This document shows, piece after piece, positions 40,016 to 51,000 of a stretch of DNA of 64,000 bases. The first letter of the stretch is position 1; each line of letters begins with the position of its first letter. The notes below the pieces were generated by a model. It ran no database searches. It worked only from the letters and a program-made list of their open reading frames with translations, and was not told the origin of the DNA. The stretch lies in NCBI GenBank assembly GCA_963664815.2, contig CAXXHB010000003.1:2944001-3008000 (forward strand), read 5' to 3'. This stretch comes from Spirochaetota bacterium. Lineage in GTDB: Bacteria; Spirochaetota; UBA4802; UBA5550. The position numbers and the translations under genes were made by a program.

Positions 40016-40583
40016 TTTCCACCAGTCCCTTTTCAAAGAGATCGCACAATATATGAATAATAAGAATATGGCCCTCCTGAACCCTTGCAGTTGTTTCCGA
40101 TGGGACAATCAGTTTATAATCTGAATAATTTTTTAAAATTCCGCCATCTCTCCCCAGGAGCGCAACAGTTTCACATCCCCTCTTTTTCGCTTCTGTAAAA
40201 CCCTCCATAACATTACGGCTGTTACCGGAGGTTGACAACCCCATTACAACATCACCCTCAACCCCCAGCGATTCAATCTGCCTGGAGAATATCCTGTCAA
40301 AGGAGTAGTCATTCCCTATTGATGTTATTATAGAGGTATCTGTAGTCAGCGCAATGGCGGGATAACCGCTTCTTTCAATTTTATACCTGCCTACAACTTC
40401 TGCTGCAAAATGCTGCGAATCGGCAGCGCTTCCTCCATTCCCCATTATTAAAAGTTTATTCCCGTTAAACAGAGCTTTATTTATTACAGCAGATATTTCA
40501 TTTATTATATCTTTCATTGAATCAATTTTTCTGACAACATCTATATGTTCTTTTAAAATTTCATCTATCATAGCATCCGCCAT
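40002..40583 (-). CDS. gmhA: Phosphoheptose isomerase
   Basis: [30 protein letters not shown]. Confidence 0.97.
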   Translation of the reverse strand: MADAMIDEILKEHIDVVRKIDSMKDIINEISAVINKALFNGNKLLIMGNGGSAADSQHFAAEVVGRYKIERSGYPAIALTTDTSIITSIGNDYSFDRIFSRQIESLGVEGDVVMGLSTSGNSRNVMEGFTEAKKRGCETVALLGRDGGILKNYSDYKLIVPSETTARVQEGHILIIHILCDLFEKGLVENGKI

Positions 40584-40834
40584 TTATTCTAAAAATTTAA
40601 CATTAATTGCTGTGACTCTCTTTTATAAAGACTCAGTGAGAACAACCCTTTAATAGTCACTACCGGATGTGTCAAACCGGATTTTTAATGAAATCCATTT
40701 GAAATTCATTATTTTTTTGGCGATAAAGTAAAGAAAAAAATAAATCCGGTTCCTTGAATTTGTATTTATAATTAGGGTCGTCAACTATCTGATAATTGTT
40801 TATTTTAACCAAGGTGCATTTCCATGAGGATAAA

Positions 40835-40863
40835 TTGTTGATCTTCAAAAAAGGTTGTATAAT
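40835..40863 (+). promoter_or_regulatory. sigma70-type promoter of the plus-strand flippase
   Basis: TTGTTG-N17-TATAAT. Confidence 0.5.
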
Positions 40864-40934
40864 ATCATATCATGAATTCAATGTGTAATAATTTTTCTGA
40901 TATCTCATTAATTTAAAACATATAAAGTAATAGA

Positions 40935-42353
40935 ATGGCAAATGTAAAAAAATCATTTTTTTTAAATTCCCTGTTTTTAATGACATCCACAATATTGGAA
41001 AAATCTTTCTTCTTCATTATAAATATAATAATTGCCCATTATTTAAGTAAAAATGAATTTGGAGAGTATTCCGCAGCATTAGCCTTCGGTACTTTCTTCT
41101 CAGTCTTTTCAAATATGGGGATAGGCACATCTTCAATCAGAGCAATCAATTACTATAAAGATGATATAAACGAAAATTATACAAATACAATAGTACTGAA
41201 ACTGATATTATCAATGCTGACATTTTTAATACTGATTATCGCAATTTTCACTACAAATTTTAACAGAAATACAATTATACTGGCTTTAATACTTGGTCTG
41301 GTCAGAATTATTAATGAGTTTCTCAATTCTATTAATCAGCTGTTTGAAGCCAGGTCAAGGTTTTTCATATCTTCAATTTACAATTCCCTCTTCGCATTTC
41401 TTTTTCTTGGGGGGACATATATAGTTATACTTTTCAAAGGGGACTATTTTGATCTGTCATACATCAGGCTGGCAACAATATCAGCAATTGCATCTGCAGC
41501 ATTTTTTCATACTTTAAAATTTTACAACTTGAAATTCAATTTCAGTAAATTTAAAAAATTTATTTTGGAGACTATACCCTTCTCCTATTCTGTAATATTA
41601 TCAAATGTTACAACAAATTTCACTCCCATTATACTGCCGGTAATGCATGGCACAATCTACTCAGGAATATACAATAATGCATATATTTTCTATATTTCTC
41701 TACTCTTTATACCGGGAAATCTGAGCAGAGTTTTGATGCCATATCTCTATCAGCATAAGTATAATGATGATAAAGAACTATTCAGATATGCTTATGAAAC
41801 TTACGCAAAAATATTTTCTATTATTTCTTTCTATTTTGCCATAGTATTTTTTATGTATTGCGGGCCTATTATAACACTGATATTCGGTACTAAATATTCC
41901 GATTCAATTGATCTGCTTCAGTTTTTCGCCTTTGCAATTCCATTCGCGTTTAATGTTGCAGGATATATTATAAGTTCTCTTAATAAACAGATTATCAATT
42001 CCAAGATAGATATGGTTGTTTCTGTAATAAGTATAATATCTTCATTAATCCTGATTAGATTTTATAAAGCAGAGGGTGCCGTTCTTTCTGTAGTTATTGC
42101 ATCATTTATTTCATATCTATTATCAAACGGATATCTTGTTAAAAACAGTTATATTGATTATAAAAGAACCTGGAGAGTACGGTTAACTCTGCTGACAATT
42201 TCATTGATCTGTTACGGGATTAAAATTTCCCTCTCCGGTTATCACCGGCATGTTCTGTCGATGCTGTTTGTATCTTTGATTTATTGTTTTATGGTCTGGA
42301 TACTGCTGGTTAATAAAAACGATATAAAACTGGTGAAGAATATTTTAAAATAA
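40935..42353 (+). CDS. Wzx-type oligosaccharide flippase (MOP family)
   Basis: 12-14 TM; YLSKNEFGEY, GIYNNA, FGTKY, GAVLS pattern. Confidence 0.85.
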   Translation: MANVKKSFFLNSLFLMTSTILEKSFFFIINIIIAHYLSKNEFGEYSAALAFGTFFSVFSNMGIGTSSIRAINYYKDDINENYTNTIVLKLILSMLTFLILIIAIFTTNFNRNTIILALILGLVRIINEFLNSINQLFEARSRFFISSIYNSLFAFLFLGGTYIVILFKGDYFDLSYIRLATISAIASAAFFHTLKFYNLKFNFSKFKKFILETIPFSYSVILSNVTTNFTPIILPVMHGTIYSGIYNNAYIFYISLLFIPGNLSRVLMPYLYQHKYNDDKELFRYAYETYAKIFSIISFYFAIVFFMYCGPIITLIFGTKYSDSIDLLQFFAFAIPFAFNVAGYIISSLNKQIINSKIDMVVSVISIISSLILIRFYKAEGAVLSVVIASFISYLLSNGYLVKNSYIDYKRTWRVRLTLLTISLICYGIKISLSGYHRHVLSMLFVSLIYCFMVWILLVNKNDIKLVKNILK

Positions 42354-42371
42354 CTATATTTTAATTGTGAA

Positions 42372-43475
42372 TTATAACGAATTAAAAAAATTAATATACT
42401 CCCGTGCAATAATATCTATATCATATTTTTTAATATAATTAAAGCCGGTTTTTGACATCTTCCGCATCTTCACAGGATTAAAGAGAATAGAAACCATTTT
42501 ATCTGCAATATCTTCAGGTGATAATGGATCTGCATACTCAGGTATTTCGCCGAAGACTTCCGGAATAGCCCCTCTGCGGGAAGTCAGAACCGGAGTTCCG
42601 CAGGCAATAGCTTCAGCTATTATTAAGCCGAATCCCTCATGCAGAGAAGGTGCAACAAACAATTCAGCCTTCTGGTATAGTTGTATTAACTCATTATTTG
42701 AAACAAAACCCTTAAAATGAATTCTCCTGTTTACAGATTCAGGCAGTGATAATATTTTTTCAGACAGGTTACTGTTCTTCCACCCGGACGCCCCTACAAT
42801 AACAAGATCATGCTCAATTTTATCTGCAGCAAATTCAAAGGCCCGGATTAAGGAGATAAGATTCTTTCTTGGCTGAAGTGTGCCTACAAAAAGAATAATT
42901 TTTTTCTTTTCAGAATGTTCTGACCGCATATATTTTTTTAAATCAATACCGCAATTAATAACTGAAATTTTATCCGCTTTTATCGATAAATATTCCACCA
43001 TTTCATGTTTTGAATAATCGGAGATTGTCGTGAACGTATCAGTTTTCCTAATAGATAAAGGTAATAAAAAATTATAAAATACTTTATTGTTTGTTGAAAC
43101 CGTCTCCGGTAAAACTTTAAAAACTACATCAAGTATTGTCGCGCATGTCTTTATTCTTCCAGGTAAAGTTACCGGTATGTATTCTCCGCCACCCCAGAAT
43201 ATCTCCACATCATTTCTTAAAATTGCTTTTCTTAAATTTAAACTTTGCAGCCACAATCTTCTTGAAGAAAAAAACGATTCGACAATTACTATTTTAAAAT
43301 TTTTATTTTTTAATATTTCTTCTGCAATTATTGAATGATAAACTGCCGGCGTAAAAAGTATATATTCGTTTTTATCATCTATTTTTGATATGCCTAGAAG
43401 AACATCCAGAACATTATTGCCAATACCGGTGTTGTTTTCCATTGAAAGATAAAATGCATCAATACCTAATTTCAT
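42372..43475 (-). CDS. GT4 glycosyltransferase (mannosyltransferase-like)
   Basis: GIDA..TGIG, FVGTLQPRKN, PSLHEGFGL..AEAIACGTP. Confidence 0.92.
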   Translation of the reverse strand: MKLGIDAFYLSMENNTGIGNNVLDVLLGISKIDDKNEYILFTPAVYHSIIAEEILKNKNFKIVIVESFFSSRRLWLQSLNLRKAILRNDVEIFWGGGEYIPVTLPGRIKTCATILDVVFKVLPETVSTNNKVFYNFLLPLSIRKTDTFTTISDYSKHEMVEYLSIKADKISVINCGIDLKKYMRSEHSEKKKIILFVGTLQPRKNLISLIRAFEFAADKIEHDLVIVGASGWKNSNLSEKILSLPESVNRRIHFKGFVSNNELIQLYQKAELFVAPSLHEGFGLIIAEAIACGTPVLTSRRGAIPEVFGEIPEYADPLSPEDIADKMVSILFNPVKMRKMSKTGFNYIKKYDIDIIAREYINFFNSL

Positions 43476-43659
43476 AATAACTCCTTAATTCCCCCGGTTT
43501 TCCAGAAAAAATTCCCGGGATAAAAGATAATGAAATTCTGTTTTAAAATAACTTACATGAAAAGGATTATTTACTATATTTTCATTATACATAAATTGAA
43601 TCGTCCTGTTTGATTTACCCTTATTATTTACAGATTAATCTTTCTAAATCTTAATTATA

Positions 43660-44541
43660 TCACAATGATCTAATCGTTGTTGTACATATTTTCAATAACT
43701 GAAAACATCCATTGCCTCTGAAGCTGATTAAACGACGAAATAATTTCTGTATCAAACCGCTGAATGCAGGGATAATCCAGATATGCGGATAATTTTCCCT
43801 GAAAAAAAGAATCAGTCCTTTAAGTCCATGAATTTCCATAAACATATTGTCTCTAATACTTCTTTTAATCGAAGCACTTTCTTTATGGTATATTATTGAA
43901 CCGTTTGCTGTAACAAGATTATAACCGGCAGATTTAACACGGTATGAAAATGCCACATCCTCCCAATACATGAAATATCTTTCATCCAGCATACCAGCTG
44001 ACTTAATAATCTCCGCAGGAACAAAAAGACTGGCACCCATAATATAATCCAGCCTGTCATCTTCATTTTTACAAAAACTGGTAGATGCCCTGAAAAAAAG
44101 AAGAGTGCCGCCGCCAAAGGACTGAACAATTTCACTCCGGTTGTAATACTTTATAACAGAACCGCATATACACAGATTCCTGTTGTTTTTACATTTCTGC
44201 AGTAATGCAGAGTAGGTCTCCTTATCAATAACGGTATCATTGTTTAAAAGCCATATATATGCAACATCACTGGCCAGCGCATAATTAATTCCTTTATTAT
44301 TCCCCGCTGCAAAACCACTGTTTTCACTGTTTTTTATAAGATTATAAGAGTTCTTTTTTTTCGGGAAATTAATCCATTCTTCAATATTTTTAAGGGAATC
44401 ATCTTCAGATTTATTATCAACCACAATAACCAGCAAACCCACTGTATATAATTCCAGGCTTTCCAGACATTCGATGGTATCAATCCAGCCATTATAGTTT
44501 AATATAATTACTGCAGTTTCAATATCTTTTTTATTTATCAT
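43660..44541 (-). CDS. GT2 glycosyltransferase (rhamnosyltransferase-like)
   Basis: ILNYNG, VDNKS, GFAAGNN, LLNND, YFMYWED. Confidence 0.9.
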   Translation of the reverse strand: MINKKDIETAVIILNYNGWIDTIECLESLELYTVGLLVIVVDNKSEDDSLKNIEEWINFPKKKNSYNLIKNSENSGFAAGNNKGINYALASDVAYIWLLNNDTVIDKETYSALLQKCKNNRNLCICGSVIKYYNRSEIVQSFGGGTLLFFRASTSFCKNEDDRLDYIMGASLFVPAEIIKSAGMLDERYFMYWEDVAFSYRVKSAGYNLVTANGSIIYHKESASIKRSIRDNMFMEIHGLKGLILFFRENYPHIWIIPAFSGLIQKLFRRLISFRGNGCFQLLKICTTTIRSL

Positions 44542-45793
44542 TATCAGACCAGGGATTAATCTGTGAGGGGAGAATTAAAAAAAACATATAAAAAATACTT
44601 TCAATCCACATTTCTGTAAATAACAAAAGATCATCAAAAAACTGGTGAGCAATAAAAGAGAGTGGTACAGCAATTAAAAAAACAAGCTGCCTGTTTTTTA
44701 CAGTATTGCTCATTAAATAAACTGTAAAAACAAGATATAACAGAAGACCAATTAAACCAAACTTGGTATCAATTGTAAAAAACATATTATGAAAATGGTA
44801 CTCAGGATGCAATGGATTGGTGACAGAAACAAAACCTTTTCCAAGGAAAAACTCCTTACCGGGGAAAATCTGACACTGATGATTGATGAAATCAATCCAG
44901 AAACCAGCCCTGTATGTTGTTCCCTGATTTACAAATTTAGCAACTACCCGTTCAATAATACCACCATTATACAATAATGCCAGAAAAATTACAGATATAA
45001 GCAGGTAAACAGCTGACTTCCGTTGATTTAATATATTCTTATTTTGCTTCAAAATAAGTAAACCGGCAATCGATATAAAAACTGCAAAACCGAAAATAGC
45101 ACCTCTTCCCACAGAGATCATAAGACAATAGATAAAAAATAGTCCCAAAACAATACTTAGAGCTTTAAGTATTGTTTTATTTTCATTTTTTTTATTAAAA
45201 ATAAAAAGTATAACCATACACTCTGCTCCAATCATCATCGTATAGCCATATAAATTAGTGTTTCTGTTCAACCCCTCACAAGAAATGTTTTTGAAGTAAT
45301 ATAAAAACGTTTGAGAGCTGTTCTCCAATACACCTATCACCAGACCACCAAAGGCATGAAATAATGCCCCGAATATAAATACAAATAGTATTATAAATAT
45401 ACTATCCCTTTTTATCTGTGCCGCACTGTTTTTTATTATTTCAAAATATGAAAACAACCCTATAAAAACAGCTGTAAACCTGACAGGAAAAAGAAGATTT
45501 TTATAATTCAAACCACCGGTAACCGACAGACTGGAAATAACTGCATAAACTGCAAAAAAAATAACCATATACTCGGGCAAATAAAGCCTTGTCTTGTCTT
45601 TGCTTTTATAAAGACGTAAAAAAAACAACCCGCCAAGACCGGCAAACATCAAAAGATTCCAGATTTTATGAAGTAAAAGATTTAAACGAATCTGCGGTAA
45701 TCCATATACTGACGATAGCAGAATGATAAAAATCAATAATATATTTGCAGAGTAAATCAGATTGAATTTTGTAATACTTTTATTTATATTCAT
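44531..45793 (-). CDS. O-antigen ligase/polymerase family protein (WaaL/Wzy_C)
   Basis: Multi-TM; NTN, GRGA, R..FW, G.G, HFHN motifs. Confidence 0.75.
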   Translation of the reverse strand: MNINKSITKFNLIYSANILLIFIILLSSVYGLPQIRLNLLLHKIWNLLMFAGLGGLFFLRLYKSKDKTRLYLPEYMVIFFAVYAVISSLSVTGGLNYKNLLFPVRFTAVFIGLFSYFEIIKNSAAQIKRDSIFIILFVFIFGALFHAFGGLVIGVLENSSQTFLYYFKNISCEGLNRNTNLYGYTMMIGAECMVILFIFNKKNENKTILKALSIVLGLFFIYCLMISVGRGAIFGFAVFISIAGLLILKQNKNILNQRKSAVYLLISVIFLALLYNGGIIERVVAKFVNQGTTYRAGFWIDFINHQCQIFPGKEFFLGKGFVSVTNPLHPEYHFHNMFFTIDTKFGLIGLLLYLVFTVYLMSNTVKNRQLVFLIAVPLSFIAHQFFDDLLLFTEMWIESIFYMFFLILPSQINPWSDNDK

Positions 45794-46262
45794 TTTAAAT
45801 ACACTTAATTCTTATTTATATATACTGCCGGACAGCACTGCTTATTATATATTAAAATATTTAATTGCACGAAAAGTAGTTTTTCGTCTGATAATCCAGA
45901 TATAAAAGAATATATCCCATTTGTCAAACCACAATTGATGATATGCAGCTAACATGGCAGGAATTTGCTTCAATATTTTTTAATTTATTACTCTCCGGGA
46001 TTTTATTCTCAATGAATTATCGCTGTGACATGAAGAACATGAATATTTATAAAAATTGAATACAATTTCCGGATTTTATATAAAAAAAAGCTTTTCCTGT
46101 AACATTAAATTCTGATTTGTAATTCCGGTAATATAAAACATTCTTTAGAAATATTTTAAAAATATTATTACCGATTCTTACTTGACTATTCTGCCCTGTT
46201 AAAATAGTTTTAAAAAAATCTTATTTAAATTCACTTTTAATCACAAAGTCGTAAAATATCAC

Positions 46263-47438
46263 ATGGACTCATTAATGAAAAAAAATATACTTGTATTGAA
46301 CCAGAGCAAAATAATAGGCGGGGCTGAACTGGCTCTGAAAAATTTCATTGATGCCGATGATAAATTTATCTTTTTTATTCTGACAGATCCGAAAATTGCG
46401 AATCTCTACCATGGAATTAACAATACTTCAACAATATATACTTCAGGATATTTTAAAAAATATCCCTTTAAAAAGATACTGGATCTTGTCTCCGTTTTTC
46501 CTTTCATATATTCAATTATAAGAAACCTGATACTTATCAGCAGGATTGTCAGAACAAATCAAATTCATTTAATATATGGTAATAACAGTTATGACTGCAT
46601 CCTGGTCAGCCTCTACAGGTTTATAAATCCCGGAATAAAGACTGTTCAGCATATTCATGATACCCTCCCTAAAAAATCATTTCTGGCGGAGTGGATAAAA
46701 TTATTTATTAAAAAGTATGACCATATAATAGTCCCCTCCACCCATACAGATTCACATCTGAAATCAATTTTTGGAAACAACAGACCTGTCTCTGTAGTAC
46801 ATAATGGCATTGATTTCAATGAAATAAAAACAATTCAAAAAGAATCAAAACTCCTCAATAATTTAAAACTGGATAAAAACAGAATAATTATAGCCACAAT
46901 CTGCAGAATTGACAAAAATAAAAGGGTCGATATTTTTATTGAATCCCTCTGCAAACTGCAGCAGTTCAGAAATGACTTTACAGGAATTGTAGTGGGAGAA
47001 AGCGATGATGATGAATTATTAAAATCCCTGAAGATGAAAATAAAAAGCGCCAGGGTTCCGGTTTACTTTACAGGTTCAGTGCCATATGAAAATATTTTAA
47101 ACCTCTATAATAACATTGATCTGCTGATGATTAATAGTGATACTGAAACATTTTCTCTGGTGACAATCGAGGCAATGTCAAATAACTGCATAGTACTTGC
47201 CCGCAAGGTTGGTGGAATTAATGATATTATTCAGGACAATGTTAACGGATATTTTTATGATTATAATGCAGGCACTGATACAATTGCAAAAAAAATAAAT
47301 ACTTTATTACAGATGAGTTCTGCTGAAAAGAAAAAAATAAAGAAAAATGCACTGGAGCATGTTAAACAGAACTTTCAACATAAGCAAAAGGTAGAAAAAA
47401 TAAACGAAATTTTTTATGAGCTTTTAAACAATATATAA
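46263..47438 (+). CDS. GT4 glycosyltransferase
   Basis: GGAE, VHNGID, RIDKNK, ETFSLVTIEAM. Confidence 0.9.
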   Translation: MDSLMKKNILVLNQSKIIGGAELALKNFIDADDKFIFFILTDPKIANLYHGINNTSTIYTSGYFKKYPFKKILDLVSVFPFIYSIIRNLILISRIVRTNQIHLIYGNNSYDCILVSLYRFINPGIKTVQHIHDTLPKKSFLAEWIKLFIKKYDHIIVPSTHTDSHLKSIFGNNRPVSVVHNGIDFNEIKTIQKESKLLNNLKLDKNRIIIATICRIDKNKRVDIFIESLCKLQQFRNDFTGIVVGESDDDELLKSLKMKIKSARVPVYFTGSVPYENILNLYNNIDLLMINSDTETFSLVTIEAMSNNCIVLARKVGGINDIIQDNVNGYFYDYNAGTDTIAKKINTLLQMSSAEKKKIKKNALEHVKQNFQHKQKVEKINEIFYELLNNI

Positions 47439-47440
47439 CC

Positions 47441-48430
47441 TTACATTTTTGATTTAATATAACATGTAATTTTAAAAAAACGCTGAGAGATTCCGTACAT
47501 ACTTAAAAGCGGATAATTGTAAGTTTCAACCGATTTCTCAAGATTTTCCAGCATTTTTTCATAATTCTTCTGTGTATATGCATTGTATCCCGCAAATAAA
47601 TAGCTTTTTGATTTTCTTTTATGATAAAACATCATAGTTTCCTCAGTTTCAGCATTTTTGTTACTGAGTATCAGGTCATCAATTACGTTATACATGACAG
47701 GCAGCTCCATACTCTTGCTCCAGAAAGCGGAACCATTATTATTACTGATTCTATAGTTTAATAAAAATTCATTTATAATCGCAAGTTTAAATCCATCCTG
47801 CAGATACCGGACCCATAAATGGAGATCTTCATTTGATGGATATGCATCATTAAAGCCGCCCACCTTCAAATAAATGCTTTTCCGTGTCATAAAACTGGGA
47901 CAAACAAAAAAATTACCAAGTTTTAAAATCCACGGGTAAAAATCTTTATAATAACCTGTAATTAAATTGGTCCCTTTATTCATCAGAGAACTTTTAATCA
48001 GTTCGTTATAAATAGCCGGTTTAACATGTTTTCTATCAGGATAATACTGATACATTTTTACAAAAACTCCGCTGATTGAATTATCCAGCGATAATACAGT
48101 CAGCTGCTTCTTAATTATTTCCGGTTCATACAAATCATCCGCATGATATATAGCAATAAAATCCGATGTTGCTTTGTTTACAGCCGACTTGATATTTCCA
48201 CAATACCCTAAATTGAAGTCATTGCGAAAATATTTAATCCGGGGATCCTTCTCACAAAACATTTTAATGATCTCCCCGGTATTATCAGTTGAAGCATTAT
48301 CTGAAACAATAATTTCAATATTTTCATAAGTCTGTTTTATAAGACTTCTCAAAGTCTCTTCTATATACAAAGCACCATTATAAACAGGAATACAAATCGA
48401 AACCAACTGGTTATCATTCATTGAACACAC
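47441..48430 (-). CDS. GT2 glycosyltransferase
   Basis: SICIPVYNG, SDNASTD, HADD, EDLHLW. Confidence 0.9.
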   Translation of the reverse strand: MCSMNDNQLVSICIPVYNGALYIEETLRSLIKQTYENIEIIVSDNASTDNTGEIIKMFCEKDPRIKYFRNDFNLGYCGNIKSAVNKATSDFIAIYHADDLYEPEIIKKQLTVLSLDNSISGVFVKMYQYYPDRKHVKPAIYNELIKSSLMNKGTNLITGYYKDFYPWILKLGNFFVCPSFMTRKSIYLKVGGFNDAYPSNEDLHLWVRYLQDGFKLAIINEFLLNYRISNNNGSAFWSKSMELPVMYNVIDDLILSNKNAETEETMMFYHKRKSKSYLFAGYNAYTQKNYEKMLENLEKSVETYNYPLLSMYGISQRFFKITCYIKSKM

Positions 48431-48433
48431 CCT

Positions 48434-49954
48434 TCATATGATTTTCTTTTTTAAGAGTTTTATTTTAAATTCAGATTTCATATTGTCAGGAATTATTCTG
48501 TTGCAGAGAATCAGGTAAAAAGAAAAAATAATAATTCCTGACAATAACCGCAGATACCATTTATCAATATAGATCTGCTGCAAATAAGAAACCGGGACTG
48601 AAACAATAAATGTAGATAATACTATGAACAGAATTCTGAAATTATATTTTAACCTTCTGCCAGATTTTTTAAATATCATCAGTGGCAAAGCCCATTGAGT
48701 TACCAGTAAAGATCCGATTAACAAACCTGCCGCTACCCCGGCAATACCTGCAAACCTTATGAGAACAATCGAACTTGAAATAAAAATCAGAGCTTCACCC
48801 CAGCTGATTAAGGCAATACCCTTAGTATAATTAAAGGAGTTTACAACTACATAATTTAAATTTGAAAGGCAGGATGTAAATATCCATGCTCCCAATAAAA
48901 TCACGGTTAATATTCCTGCATAACCCTGATTCCCTACCCAGATATAAATAATGTCTCTCAAAAAGAGCATTCCACCCAGCCATATCCCGCCGCCAGCCAG
49001 TGCAGAAATAATAAAAAATGTTTCATACTTATTTACTAACCAATTCCAGTTTTTATCAGCGAACTCCTTCCCGTACAATGGCGCTGCGGATAAATTAATT
49101 GCAGTTAAAAATGTAAAAGCAAGAAAATAAAGCTTATATGTCAGCTGATACGGGGTTACACTGGCCACATCGATTGAATTGGAAATAATCAGGTTGCTGA
49201 TGCTTGAAGAAACCATGATGGCAATTCCATATAAACTGAGTCTTGCCCCGGTTATAATTATTGTACTATATGTATCGTCTATTGTGATATCAGAATCAGT
49301 TTCTATAAAGTCATATCTTCGAGAGAAAAAAAAGTGTGCAAAACATTTAAATATATTTACCAATAGCGTAACACATCCATAAATCAGAGCATACTGTACC
49401 AGATTCCCCCTGATATATATAACTATTAAAAGAGCAATAAACAATAAAACATTCAGCAGCGTATTAAAGATATTATTAATATAAGCTTTTTTATATGCAG
49501 CAAAACTGTTAGCCACTACACCAAACGGCAGATTAATCAGAAAAAATCCGATAAAAATAACTGCTGTTATTTTTGCTGTCGGGATTAACCTTACATCCAT
49601 TTTCCCCAGATATTGTATCCATTCCGGACGTATTGCATTAATATATAATATAATAAATAAAATTATAAGTGCAGCTGATACAACGACAACCAGACTTTTT
49701 CTGAAAATTCTTTTTTTAACTTCGGCGGAATTGTTTTTTGTCATCAGAATCCCGGCAGCAACATCTACTCCCAATCCTGAAACCGAAAGATATGCTGCCA
49801 ATGAAGTAATGATTGCCCAGACACCATACAACTCAACTTTCCAGTAGTTCAAGGCTACAGGAGCAGAAATAAACCCTACAATTGATGTAATAATGGTAAG
49901 GCCATACTGGGAAAATAAGTTGAATTTATAATGCTTCTTATTATCGTTTTCCAT
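48434..49954 (-). CDS. Second Wzx-type flippase
   Basis: Multi-TM; YGVWAII, IWVG, GIAGVA pattern, inside the glycan operon. Confidence 0.8.
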   Translation of the reverse strand: MENDNKKHYKFNLFSQYGLTIITSIVGFISAPVALNYWKVELYGVWAIITSLAAYLSVSGLGVDVAAGILMTKNNSAEVKKRIFRKSLVVVVSAALIILFIILYINAIRPEWIQYLGKMDVRLIPTAKITAVIFIGFFLINLPFGVVANSFAAYKKAYINNIFNTLLNVLLFIALLIVIYIRGNLVQYALIYGCVTLLVNIFKCFAHFFFSRRYDFIETDSDITIDDTYSTIIITGARLSLYGIAIMVSSSISNLIISNSIDVASVTPYQLTYKLYFLAFTFLTAINLSAAPLYGKEFADKNWNWLVNKYETFFIISALAGGGIWLGGMLFLRDIIYIWVGNQGYAGILTVILLGAWIFTSCLSNLNYVVVNSFNYTKGIALISWGEALIFISSSIVLIRFAGIAGVAAGLLIGSLLVTQWALPLMIFKKSGRRLKYNFRILFIVLSTFIVSVPVSYLQQIYIDKWYLRLLSGIIIFSFYLILCNRIIPDNMKSEFKIKLLKKKII

Positions 49955-50001
49955 TTAATTCATTGATACCATATACCAGCAATCTATATTTTTTATTCAC
50001 A

Positions 50002-51000
50002 TTATTTAAGCAGTTCTCTTGCAACAACTTCAGCGAAACATTGAGGGGAAAAGGGATACATTTTGCTGCTTTCAAGAAAAGATTTAATATTGTTAAGATA
50101 TGAGCAATATTCATTCTCAGGCATATTATTTAAAAATTGATAGAGTTCTTCATATGAATTAAAATTATTTTTATCAATAAAACAGCCCCCTGGTATAAAA
50201 TCCTTTATATTTGACGCTCCCAGATATACCGGTACACATGCCGATACAAAACAATCAAAGATTTTTTCTGTAATATAACCTGTTATATCCAGAGCATTTT
50301 CATAGCAGATTGAAAACCGGTACCTGGATAGAACCTCTTTCTTTTCTTCAATTTTTCCCTTATATGATGGATAATATGGCGCAAATATTTTACGGAGAAC
50401 ATTAAATCTGTTTAAATATTTTGATAATCTCCCGGAAAAGCGTTTATCCCAACCCATTCCGTAGAGATCAAAATCTTCCGGATGATATTTTTCAAACCAG
50501 CGGATAGCCTTAATACGTTCACTGTAAAGTTCATTTGAAGCTTTTGCACTCTTATTACCCGATACTATAACACATAATTTCTCTTTTTTAACAGTTCCCG
50601 GAAATTCTTTATCCCATAAAACCGGGAAGGTATTAACTTTAATATACTTTATATTGTCTACAAGCCTGTCGTTCCATGTAAAAATCTTTTTAAAATACTG
50701 ATGATTATCAGTATTCCAGTTTTCTGGTTTTATAATATCGCTCTCAATGATTATCAAGTATGATTTTTCTATCTGATCTGATGTCGGAAGGTTTTCCGGC
50801 ATATCGCAATAAATCACAAGCTCCGATTCTGCGGGTTTATTTATATCAGATGTTGCAAAATCAATACTGTTTTTTTTTAATTCTTCTTTTAAAAGGTAAT
50901 AGTGATATAAACAGTTATCACGGTTAAGAATCTTATTATTTATATCAAAGATATTATTATTCGTATATGGATGTAGTACAAAAATTGAGGCTTTCTTCAT
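50002..51000 (-). CDS. GT10 (alpha-1,3-fucosyltransferase-like) protein
   Basis: YRFSICYEN..GYITEKIFD..CVPVYLG motif. Confidence 0.88.
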   Translation of the reverse strand: MKKASIFVLHPYTNNNIFDINNKILNRDNCLYHYYLLKEELKKNSIDFATSDINKPAESELVIYCDMPENLPTSDQIEKSYLIIIESDIIKPENWNTDNHQYFKKIFTWNDRLVDNIKYIKVNTFPVLWDKEFPGTVKKEKLCVIVSGNKSAKASNELYSERIKAIRWFEKYHPEDFDLYGMGWDKRFSGRLSKYLNRFNVLRKIFAPYYPSYKGKIEEKKEVLSRYRFSICYENALDITGYITEKIFDCFVSACVPVYLGASNIKDFIPGGCFIDKNNFNSYEELYQFLNNMPENEYCSYLNNIKSFLESSKMYPFSPQCFAEVVARELLK

